Below, piece by piece: positions 1-11,200 of a stretch of 64,000 nucleotides of DNA. Position numbers and translations under genes: made by a program. The notes beneath the pieces were generated by a model. It had not been told where the DNA came from. It saw only the letters and a list, made by a program, of their open reading frames with translations, and did not search any database. This DNA is from Amoebophrya sp. A120 (lineage: Eukaryota; Protista; Dinoflagellata), in contig CAJINV010000001.1 in assembly GCA_905178155.1 (NCBI GenBank), positions 1,305,767 to 1,369,766 of the forward strand, given 5' to 3'. Each line of letters opens with the position of its first letter. Positions within the stretch are counted from its first letter, which is position 1.

Positions 1-123
1 TGGAGCTCCGAAACCTGTCATGCGCGCTCCTGTGCGAGTAGGCCAGACGTTGCGCATCTTGCAACACAAATTCCAGATTCTATTGTAACGCTTGATAAGA
101 TTGTAACGCCTGAGCGGTTTATA
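1..123. mobile_element. Right part of an introner truncated by the window edge (family I-like)
   Basis: Contains CTGTCATGC and GCAACACAAA motifs and ends TGTAACG..TGTAACG..ATA, like the right TIR of 27115-27349. Confidence 0.55.
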
Positions 124-3106
124 CCGCACCGGGCTCGTGGGACTGGATCATTGCGCAGGCAGAGAGGTTATCAAGTGCAAAAATGTCTGGGTCTGGAAGG
201 ATGCAAGGTTTGTCATGCACACGCTGCATGACTCCTGAAGTCTGTGACGCATGCTCTAGCATCACAGATTTTGTGAGGGCTTCCTGATGCCTATACTGCA
301 TGAGAAATGCCCGCTCGCCGTGGCAAAGACTGGACCTCTTTTGCTGTTCACGCAATACAGATTTTTGTAGAATCCAAATTCAGCATCACAAGTTGCATCC
401 TTCCAGACCCAGACATTTTTGCATTTGATAGAGGTTCGTCCAGGACCTAAAAAAACCGGTACGCGAGTTCGATATGAGAGTGCATAAGTATTAACCCCCC
501 CCCCGCCCATTTGTAGTATCTGGCATGAACATCAGCAATACAAACACCTGTGCAACATGACAATTTCATGGGCCGAAGGTACTACTGTTTGGGCTTCCGA
601 AGTAGTTTGTCACGTAAACAGTGCGCCGGGGAAGTAAATGGATTTGCGGTTTTGCATGTAATATGACAAATGATGAGGGGGAGGGGGGTTGTGCACTCTG
701 TCTCATACTCGAATGGCTGTATGTGGAAGAAGAGGACATCGTGAAGTCTCCCCCCGAAAATGATAAAAACGAGGAACGCGGCGAGGGCCATTCTTCGGTC
801 CTATCAACATCTTCGCGAAAAACTACTCACTCAGACTCATCTGCTGCTCCGCCGGTCAGCCGCCTTTTGTCTGCCTTTCAAGAGTACGCGACGCTACACC
901 CCGGTCGTGGGCAGCTGCGACAAGCACAGCCAGCGTCCGAAGTAGATCATATGGGAGTAGAATGTAAGGAACAAAGCACAATAAATCACCACAATAAGAA
1001 CACCCTTCCTCCAGCAGCTTGGAAAGATGACCAAACGTGTACTTCTTCTTTGTCCCGCTCTCAACTTTCGTTGGAGATGAGCGACAAGCAGCCACACAGC
1101 ACGATCACTCCTTCTTCGCTGGACTTGCATCAAGGAAGGGCTTCTGCGCCCACTGCTCGTCCCGACGTGTACGATGGTTTAATATTCGATGCACCAGCAG
1201 ACCACCCGGAGGACGCGTCTTCAACGTACCACGCGCCTTGCGGTGCCGCTCCGGCCGCGCGGTCCTGCGTTCGGTGCCCTCAACAAGGCGGGACCAGGAG
1301 TGAAAAAATGCCGAGAGGCCGCGCCACGTTTGGAAAAGCAGCAAATGTGGAGTACAGTGGCTACGAAGATCTTGGGCGGAGTGCGACCGACAACAGGCAC
1401 TACCTGCGGTTCGTGCGAACCAAAGAGCAGTGCAACTGGCCGCAGGCGCCCTTGATAACACATGGCGGGACCTGGAATCACGTGGAGTGCGTGAAGAAAC
1501 CGCTGTATGGGCCGGTATGAGAGTGAAAAAACAAAAATCGTACCTACAGAGTCTTTACGTATCTACTGATTACTTATTTGCCCTCCTGACATGAACTACA
1601 AGCGGCAGCCAGCGTGATCACAACTGCAAAATCGACTACGTTGTAGACAGTGACTTTTTTTGTCTCTTCATACCCCGGTTTTCATTCCTACGAGCTCATC
1701 GGCGAGGTGCACCACGTAGTGCCAGAAGTGTGCCAAAGTTTGCTGGACCGTGAACCTAGTGCCGCGCGTTCTCGTAGTAGTACATGTACAACTGGCACCA
1801 GCCGCAAAAACATTGACTCTGCTCCTGGTGACAGAGACACCAGTCGTGAACCAATTGCGGCGAGCAGTGGGAGAATTTCTCGGCGGGATGAGTCCATTGC
1901 TTCTTCTTCCTCGTCAACCAGGTCTGAGGGAAGAGCCATCACGTCTTCTCACGATGTTGATGTCGAGAAGACGAATAAAAGCTGCAGCAGTAAAAGGACT
2001 ATGACCGCAAACAACACAAAGGATCTTCAAAATGATCTCCACATTGGCTTCATCAAGCCGTCGCTTTGTCCCTACTTTGGTCCTTTCTCGCAGAGCCTCC
2101 GGCCGGTGATTTCGTGCGAGGACAGCGACAGAGGGACAACATCAAGAGGAATGAAAATTTACCTGATATCCTGATTAAAAACGTACCCACACCAGAGTCA
2201 AGATGGGGACTTTGCAACACAAACCTAGGAGTTTTGGGAGTCACGCATGACAAGCTTCAGTCCGTAAGGTAGTGCAAGTTAGCAAGGAAAGCCGCATCAC
2301 AAATCGATCTGCTGATCCTGTTTACAGCATTACAAGTTCCCAAACACGATTGAAAATGCCTGTCATGGGGTTGCGCATCACAAATGTTCCTGTCATGGCA
2401 AATCTGCATGACAACTCTGGGGTGGGTACGTTTTTACATAGGATACCTGAACCTGTCCCACCCGGACCTGCTTTCGCGCACGACCCGACCCAGCCGCATC
2501 CTGGAGGTGTGGACGAACATCGGAAAGGCGTACGTAATATGGATTGCAAAAATGTCTGGGTCTGGAAGATTGCAACTTGTAATGCTGTCTTTGGATTCCA
2601 AAATAATCTGTATTGCATGACCAGCAACAGGACTCCAGTTTATGTTACGCGGAGAGGGCATTTCTCATGCGGAATAGGCATTAGGAAGCCCTCTAAAAAT
2701 ATGTGTTGCTAGATCATGCATCACAGACATCATGAGTCTGCCAAAATATGCATGACAAACGTGGCAAGCTTCCAGACCCAGACATTTTTACATTTGATAC
2801 GTAAAGCAGCACCAGAAGTGGCGACACAGGGTGGCGCTGGATCTCGTGGCAGGCACGAGAAGGGTGGAAACAAGACAACATGGAGTTTATTCGAAGATGA
2901 TGCCGCGAAAAGAACGGAGAATAGTTTCAGGTGGGTTGGAAAATCAAGATTATTGCTTCAACGAGAATACAGTTTGCAAAAATGCTAATGCACTACTAGT
3001 AGGTCGTTGTACATCAAACGGTGCTGCTGAGGGTCAGCTTGAAAGTTGCATCTGCACTCCACAGCTTCCGGAGAGCTTGGCCGCCGAAATCGTCAAATTC
3101 GCATGA
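124..3106 (+). CDS. 5'-truncated multi-exon gene, unknown Ser-rich protein
   Basis: Removing introners 169-430, 473-707, 2167-2445 and 2538-2799 (each plus one TSD) and the GT-AG intron 1515-1646 joins ORFs 621-1520, 1650-2174, part of 2384-2620 and 2831-3106 in one frame (..AERFVQDLKKPVREFEWLYV..YGP|TVTFF..KIYLNLSHP..KAYVKQHQK..IVKFA*). No domain recognised. Confidence 0.7.
169..430. mobile_element. Introner family A
   Basis: TIR TATCAAGTGCAAAAATGTCTGGGTCTGGAAG; TSD GAGGT/GAGGT; 262 bp. Confidence 0.92.
473..707. mobile_element. Introner family B
   Basis: TATGAGAGTGCA...TGCACTCTGTCTCATA; TSD TTCGA/CTCGA; related to 31902-32127. Confidence 0.85.
2167..2445. mobile_element. Introner family C
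   Basis: TATCCTGATTAAAAACGTACCCAC...GTGGGTACGTTTTTACATAGGATA; TSD CCTGA. Confidence 0.9.
2538..2799. mobile_element. Introner family A (opposite orientation to 169-430)
   Basis: Family A TIRs; TSD CGTAA; 262 bp. Confidence 0.92.
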
Positions 3107-3571
3107 ATATGCAAGCCAATAAAAGAGATAAAAGAACCTTTTTGTAGACAATCAAGTGCTTTGTTTGTAAGTAGTTCCTTCCAAAACTCGTTTCGATATA
3201 GTGACCATAGGGACTAAATTTACTCGCCGATGTGAGTAGACTAATAAAATATGTATGACCACATCAGGAACTCTGTCTTGATGCTCCTTCTGCGTTCTCT
3301 TCTTCTGTGTTCCCTTCGTCTTTTTCGTTGTTTCTGTGGCTTTTGGTCTCGCGTTTCGTTTCCTCTCGGCTATCGTACGGCTACTTGCTACAACTAACGA
3401 GACGTCTGAACGAGGTTTTGTTGAATTGGCTTTGTCGTCGTCCATCTGTTCATTGTTGCCTATGCATTCTTGTTTGTGAGCAGCATTTACTGCTCCAACC
3501 CCCCGTGCGCGGTAGTAGCGCGACCGGCTACCGTTGCACTGGAGCGCTCTCGGTCGTCGTGTGAATTCAGA

Positions 3572-6500
3572 ATGGTCGCCAAAGAACGGAATAGTTGCCA
3601 CGATCGCGGCCCCCGGCGACGAGTGTTCGTCGTCGCTGCTGCCGCTTTTCGTGGGTGCTATCATGATAATACCGCCACCGCGCTGAAAATTCCATTATGG
3701 ATTGCAAAAATGTCTGGGTCTGGAAGATTGCGAGATTTGTCATGCTTGTCTGGCATGACAAAAGAGTTTGTAATGCGTGCCCAAGAAGAGACGCTTTTGC
3801 CTGTCATGCAAAAACGCAGTTTCTCATGCGAAAAACGCAACACAAAGAAGCGCAGATATTTCTCATGCTTGGTTGTGCATTACAGAGCATTCACTATTCC
3901 CAACACAGCATCACAAGTTTCCAGACCCAGACATTTTTACATTTGATATCCATCCCCTATTGGCAACGACCAGATCTTCACGAACGGACCACCGGGACAG
4001 GCCAGCCATGCTGTGCCGCATATTACAGTGAAAAATGCCCCCACCCCCAGCTTGGCAGCATTTGTATTGCAAACCTTTCCAACAGAAACATTCCCCGTCT
4101 TGCATATCTCAGCATCACAAATTTTCCATGCTGAATAGGTCAAATTTGTGTTGCGAAGTAGCCCAACAGCAGCCGGATCTGTTATGCACAAGGCACCTTG
4201 CGCACCCTGATTCTGCATCAGAAACGCTCGCAATCCTTTTATGCAAGACAAAAAGCTTTCATTTGGAAACTTTTCATGACAAACTTCTGCAAATTCCGGG
4301 GTGGGGGCATTTTTCACTGTAATACCGCAGCAGACTGCTTCTCCGCAGGAATTGCCTTCTTCTGCATCAAGTTCCCGCCTCGTCTCCGGTGCGTCTACTG
4401 CGACATCGAGCTTCATGAATCAGTACCAGAACAATGGTCTGCAGACGAACAACCCGGAGGATCCAGTCGTGCAAGCGCCGCAAGGGCGTTTGGCAGGAGA
4501 TCAAAGTCTTGCAGGAACGGCGTGGGACCCGAGACTTTACGACGCGACGGCGCAAGCGGGCGCCGGACCAGGATTTACGCCGCAGCTCCAGGAGCCAGGA
4601 CAGCTGCAGAACCAGCTTCCACTGCAGGGCCAGCTGCAGGGAGCAGCCATGCCGCAAACAGTGCCCTTCATGCCACTGTACGCCAATGGTTACAACCCCG
4701 GGCAGGCTGCGACGATGGCGATGCAACCGCCCTTCGCGGAGGCTTTTAATCCCAACGCAATGCCGCCAGGACAGAACTTTTACACTAGCAACTGGAATGC
4801 TGTTGCCCCCCCGAGCTTCATCTCTCCCCAAGAACAGCAGCAGCAGCAGCAGCAATATGCTGCCCAGCTGCCTTCTGCAGCTGGCACACTCGTCACCGCA
4901 AGCGATCATGATCCTCTGCAAGAACCTGCCACAGGTGGTCCTTCGTCCCACCAGTTTGTTGGACGTGAACTACGAGCAAGACCTACGACGTCTTCTGTGG
5001 CAATATCAAGCAAGATTCCGACAGCGAAGAGCGCGGATGATGGGGGACCAGTAGAGAAGATGAGTGAAAATGAAGACAGGTCTCCTTCCGCTGAAACTTT
5101 AGCAGAGTCTTCTGCGATGTTGTCGCCGCCGCAGGCACAGCAGGCTGGTCCCCTTGAGACGACGACCGAAAATGCGCGCGAAGAACTTCCGGGGCAGCAA
5201 TTCCTTCCAACTCCGAGCACAGCTACTGTTTCGCCCGTTGACCAGCAAGTGTTGTCTTTTTACGGCAGCGCGCCACCTCCGGCGGCCGTGGTCGCGCCGA
5301 TGATGTCCGCTTCTGCACCGACCAGCGCGCCCATGATGTCCGCTTCTGCACCGCCTCCGGCGCCCGCGCCGCAGCAGTTTGTGGATCCGAACGCCGTGTC
5401 GACGCTCGTGCGGCAGGAACTGCAGTCCCAACTCCAGTCGCAATTGCAGGCGCAGCTCCAGCCGATGCAAACCCAGGTGAACTCGCTGGGGACGCATATC
5501 CTGTGCAAAAGTATCTGACTTATGCGTACTAGTTGCAGCCAGGCATCACAAATCCATACTTTCAACTTTAGATAGCATGACAAACTCCATTTGTGTTCTT
5601 GGGAAAATTTGTGATGCAATTTATACGACGTAGTATCGGATACTTTTGTAATGCATAACGCAGCTACCGCAGCAGTTTGAGCAGCGGCTGACCGACGTGG
5701 CGACCAAGAAAGAGGTCGAGCAAGCGGAGCACGTGGTTCTGAAGACCGTGGAGGAGGAGGCAGAGAAGAAGATTCAGGAGGCGGGCAAGAAACTCGGGGA
5801 GGAGTTCGAAGCCGGGGCGAAAAAGCAGGAGGAGGCCCTGATGAACAAAATGTCGACGGTGGAGAAAGAGCTGCAAACTGTCGAAGAAGGGTTTCAAGAG
5901 AAGGTGAAGGAAGTGCAAGCGGCGGAAAAAGACATCCAAACAGAGATCAGCACGGTGTTGGATTTATGGATCTGGCAAAACATTTTCGTAAATTACTGCA
6001 AGGTGAATAAACGCATGAAATAAATGCGATCACTTGGACGGCCGGTCCCGCTTCCCAAGTAGACATGGCCAACATTCCTACTCAATCTCAACAAAAAAGC
6101 ATTCAAAGGAGCGTTTGTTTCTTGCAGAGCTGTGCACATCCGTTTTTTACGCAATGGGTTTTGCAATCCATACTAGACTATTGAGAGGAAAAATCCCCCC
6201 TCCCCATATCGAAAAGGTATCTTTCCGAAAATTTGCGTTGCTGATTTGAGGTCACAAATAGCATTTGTCTTGCAGGAAGACAAGGGCACCAGAAGCTTCC
6301 GCCCCATTATGGAAGCGATTTGTCATGCTGCTGGGCCTAAAGGTCAGCCGTTTGCAATGCTGAACAACTAGACCCATAGGCCCCTACCTAGCCTGGGGAT
6401 CTGGCCGCAATGCCTTCCTGCAAGACAAATCCGATTTGTGTACGCAAATCCAGCATCACAGATTTCCTTTTTGATATGGGGTGGGGGCTTTTTTCACTTT

Positions 6501-7414
6501 GATATAGACAGCCAAAGCGGCCGGTGAAGTGCTGGAAAAGGCGAAGGAGGAGAACGAATTGCTAAAAAAAGACGTCGCAAAGGTACTTACTTACGTAGTT
6601 CATCGATCTGGTGTGATACCTCGTGCTCTACTGAAAGAAGTGAAGGCGTGAAGATGGAGATGAAGAAAATGCACGACTTTATCTTTCTACTTGAAACATA
6701 AATTTTACAGATGGGTCAACATCATCACTCTCACTGAACTGATCATCTCAGGTTGACACGACTTTTCACAACGTGATGGAGCAAAGTTCAGCGGTCCAGA
6801 ATGCCACCGAAGCTGTATGAGAGTCGTGCACAACTCGTTCCGCTGCTCCCGCTGGTTCGTTCTGCAAAATGCTCAGCAATGTGCATGAAAACCTTCGGAG
6901 GCCCAAGCAGCACTGCGATGCTCTTGCTGTAGAAATGAAACAGAAACATACACTAGAGCAAATGACCGGGATTAGTGGGACGCGTTGTTCACTCTCATAG
7001 GCTGCCAGTGCCCAATGGAAAACCATGGAGACGGAGCTGACCGGAGAGATGCAACAAGCGAACGCAAAGGCCGACGCAGCACTCACTGCCTCCAATGGCC
7101 ACGAGGAAACCTTGGAATATGCATTGCAAAGAAAAGTATCGTACTAGTAGTAATTGCAATACAAATTAGCGCAGCACGACAAATCAAATTTCTCGTCCTG
7201 ATTTAGCTTGAAAATGAGATTTGTGTCGCATGCCTGCCATTATTACGAGCGCGATACTTTTGCACAGGATATGGAAAAGGCCGCGACGATTCTGGAGGAG
7301 GTAAAGCAGAAGGTGGACGCTGATGAGGAAACGCTGGGGGCCTTAGATGGTAAGGTTGGGGACTTGCAGAGCGCTGTCGGGGCCAGCGTCGCGTCGCCCG
7401 CAGTCACGAGGTAG
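3572..7414 (+). CDS. Multi-exon gene: Gln/Pro-rich N-terminus with a C-terminal coiled coil, function unknown
   Basis: ATG 3572 frame joins ORFs 4301-5518, 5697-5954, exons 6508-6582 and 6752-6815, and ORF 7208-7414 once introners and GT-AG introns (5955-6507, 6583-6751) are removed; the second half is E/K/A-rich. Start codon uncertain. Confidence 0.72.
3696..3948. mobile_element. Introner family A
   Basis: Family A TIRs; TSD TCCAT. Confidence 0.92.
4021..4324. mobile_element. Introner family D
   Basis: Perfect TIR TATTACAGTGAAAAATGCCCCCACCCC; TSD CCGCA. Confidence 0.92.
5497..5657. mobile_element. Introner family E
   Basis: TATCCTGTGCAAAAGTATC...GATACTTTTGTAATGCATA; TSD ACGCA. Confidence 0.9.
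5965..6172. mobile_element. Degenerate introner-like element inside a GT-AG intron
   Basis: TATGGATCTGGCAAAAC...GTTTTGCAATCCATA inverted ends; no matching TSD. Confidence 0.55.
6179..6504. mobile_element. Introner family D
   Basis: TATTGAGAGGAAAAATCCCCCCTCCCCATATC...GATATGGGGTGGGGGCTTTTTTCACTTTGATA; TSD TAGAC. Confidence 0.88.
6816..6999. mobile_element. Introner family B-like
   Basis: TATGAGAGT...ACTCTCATA; TSD AGCTG/GGCTG. Confidence 0.82.
7118..7271. mobile_element. Introner family E (opposite orientation to 5497-5657)
   Basis: TATGCATTGCAAA...TTTTGCACAGGATA; TSD TGGAA. Confidence 0.9.
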
Positions 7415-8201
7415 GAGCGCCGCTGGGGGGCTGGAGGGCGATATGGAGCTGGTAAGAAAGTACGTCGCCGGATGAATAGATGACATTCTTTTCATAAAGA
7501 ATAAGTTTCTGGCTCGGCGGTATGATCATTTATTTTCCGGTGAAGCCAGCGCAAATAAATTGTAAATTTTTTTTTCCTCCGCGTGTCACGCCCGCGCTCT
7601 CACGAACGTAAACCTTTCATGTGTGTGCTGGAGTGTGTAAAACATAAAGGATTCGACCTGTGTCGGGTTCTACTTTTGAACAAAAGCGATATACAAGCTA
7701 GATACTCCTGTGCGTAGACGAGAATGGATTCATGCGCGTTGCTGATGATAATTGTTCTCTTGTGGATGCCGTTTACGTTTTGACTTTTCCAAATTTGCTT
7801 TCTTGACGAGGAACGAGCTGTAGAGATGCGGAAAAAAAGCCCCGGAGCTGCTACTTGAGTTGCGCAAATAGTTGAAAAATCAACGTGGGACGAAAGAAAC
7901 AAGATGCTGCGTCAGTCGTTGTTGAGAAAGCTGTCTATTTCCAGCTGCGATCTAGACAGGCTGCCATGATGACCAAAACAGATGACTCAAAACCGAAAAT
8001 TTCTATAGTGTAGAGGTGCGGCAGAAGAATTTCAATATCGAAAAAAAGTAGAATATTAACATCTTTCTTGACAAAAGTGCTTCCAGAAGAAGAACAACGA
8101 ACATCATGCTTCCCTATTAGCGCAGCGTATCGTGCCTTCAAGCTGCATTTCTCCCGAACAGCTCCTTGCTTCGCACTTTTTAGTGAACCACGCAAACCAG
8201 C

Positions 8202-11200
8202 ATGCCGCCCGTGAAGCGAGAGCGGCGCGGGTCCCCGTCGCCCAGCGGCGACCCGAGCGACATGCAGGAGCAGGGCAGCCTGCAGGGGAGCCAAAATCCG
8301 TCCGGACCGAGCGCTCGGAGAAGAAGAGTAGAAGATCCCAGTCCAGTACCCAACAGGGAAAAATAGGGCGTGTAGTCGTGATGTGCTCATCGATGTTGAT
8401 CTTGGTACGTATAGACTTAATATCTTAGGATTTTTATACAACTGCACAGGCGTTCTTTACAAGAACTTCATGTAACCACGCACAGGGACCAGCGCCGGAA
8501 TGTGTGCGCGACATGAAGATCTTCATTCGCTAGCAGTCAGAGCAAAAGTACTATACTAAATGCGTTTTCGTCCTCTACTTGCGGTGAATCTCCATCTCTA
8601 TTCTGACGCAAGGCAATGAGCAAGAGCATTCTTCTGGACTACGACTACCCAGAGACATTTTTTCCTTGCATTTCCCAGTCCCAGCCCCCCGGGTGGACCA
8701 GGAGGAGGCGAAGGTCCGTCCGCCAGCCGCAGCAACCACTTATCGGGAAGTACTTGATCGTCTTCTTCTTCTGGGGGCAAATGTTTATTTTCCAAAGATC
8801 CAAAAGAGAATAGAAAAAAAATGTTTTTTCAAAAGATCGGTGGCAACATCTTGTTTGAATGAACCGTAAAATGATAAATTCCAAGAAGTCAAACATCAAA
8901 AGTAAATCGCAAAAACCAGCCAACGCCGCTTCCTACCAGGAAGATGGGGATTGGGATCTGAAGCACGAGAAGCTGGACAAGGCGTCCGACATGACGGACC
9001 GGTTGGGCCACAAAATCCGGGAAAATTTCAAGTTTTTCATCCGCACCTTCCAAAGCCCGCGGCAGGTCGTTGACATGAAAAAGAAGAAGGGCGAAGACTC
9101 CGATAGCGAGGAGGACGACGACAAGAGGGATGACGAAAAAATGGAGTACACCTACGTCGAACGAGTCAAACAGATGGTCACGAAGGGCAAACGAACCTTG
9201 ATTGTCGGTATTTTTCCTCTGGAGGGGGTAGCTCCGTAGTTTTGTTTTTGAAGACTTCCGGCCGAGGAAAAGCAAAAGATAAGGGCGACTGATGAGTCCA
9301 CCAATTATCTTCGTCGTGCATATAAAATTCACATAGATATACATATCAGATTTCCGCCACCTGTACGGCAAGCCGGAGTGTGCCAACCTGGCCTGGTGGC
9401 TCTCCCAGTTCCCCGCGAAGGTGTTGCCCTTGCTCAACGAGGCGGTGTCGAAGCTCTGCGTGGAAGAATACAAGGCGCACGGGAGGGATAAGGACGAAGA
9501 GGTCTGGGTTTCCATCTCCAGCTTTCCGTGCTCAGATTCGATCCGGAAGTTCCGCAACGAACATTTAAACAATTTCGTCACCTGCGAGGCCGTCATCACA
9601 AGGAGAACACAGGTACGTAGGATGGTTGATTTTCCGTTTTATGCATTAGTAGCAGAGAAGGAGAAGAAGATCGATTTCTACTCCAGCATGACGCGGTCGT
9701 TGAATATGTTTAGCTCTGTCGACAGATGACACTAGGACACGCCATATTCGTTGTGTTGACATCCATGCGACTCCCGGGCGAAAGCCAAGCATAGGCTGAA
9801 TTCCGGTTTTTTTGAGAAACAAGTAAGCAATTTATCATCGACGCGGCCCTGACGGATTTTTTCTCACGCACAGGTGCGCAACTGCTGCTACAACAATCAG
9901 CCCCTTCTTCTACTTCGCGCGCCTGGCATGCTTGCTGTGGCCATGCTACTTGCGCAGTATAGATCGTGCCTCTTCTTCTAGAAGCTCATGTTCTACAAGA
10001 AGCTGCTCTGTGTAATTGTACTAGCGGTGCCCTGGGCCACCCCGTTGCTCCACAAGCACAAGTTGGCCTCCAGCTTTTACCGCATTTTCGCCGCGCGCAG
10101 CCAAAAAACAAAACGCAAACGCAGGAAAAATCGTATCCGTTCGAAGTGAAAATCGAGGATGTCCTCGATTATAGATTTAGAACACAAAAAGCAAAGGCTT
10201 GCGAAACAAAGTGGCTTTGTTTTTTGTTTATGTCGTTACCGGCCTCATCAACTATCAGGTGTTTAATCAGCTCCAGAACCTGTATCTCACGTGCGACCAG
10301 TGCGGTGAAATAAACGGCCCATTCTCAGTATGCCCTGCGACTACTTATTCAGGCTCGGCGGGAGAAACGCAAAACTTGCTATTGATGCTTACTAACTTGT
10401 AGAGCAGTTTTTTGTGCAGCTCCTCGGAATAAGCTGCTTTGCGACCCCCGCGGATGAAGCACGTACTCATATTAACCTCAACGCAGAAGTGCTTAGAAGT
10501 TTCCTGTGGAATTATAATTCTCTGCTTGCCTGAACCTGACCGCGTGTTTGCAATGCATAGACGGCAGTAGGGGCCGAATCCGATCCGTTCAAAAACAGAA
10601 CCTGTTCAAATCCCGACTGCCAGAGCAGGTATACTTACGTTTTTGCTGCAGTTCATACATTCATTCCCTCATGATTATTTTCGGCTTCTCGTTTCACACA
10701 ATTTTGCCTATGCTTATGGTGAACCGGTATTCAAAACCAGGACAAGTAGCACTAGACCAGGGAAAAATCGCAAAAATGTAGTGTAGCCCCCCCGTAAAAA
10801 AAACAGGTTCGGGTTCACGGTGAATGCGGAGCGCACGACGTATCAGAACTACCAGCGCGTCACCTTGCAAGAGCCCCCGGGTTCCGTCCTGGCGGGGCGC
10901 ATGCCGCGGAGCAAAGACGCGATCCTGTCCGGCGAACTGGTCGACACGGTGAAACCCGGCGATATGGTGCAGGTTACCGGAATCTACCAGGCGCAATACG
11001 ATGTGGAACTCAACGCGCAAACGTCGTTCCCGGTGTTCAAAACCGAGATTCTGGTGAACCACGTGGAGAACATGCACGTGGAGAAAATGCTGGCCCTCAC
11101 AATATCAAAAGCAAAAATCCCCCCTCCCCATATCGAAAAGGTATGTTTCCGAAGATTTGTGTTGCTGATTTGAGGTCGCAAATCACATTGGTTTGTGTAC

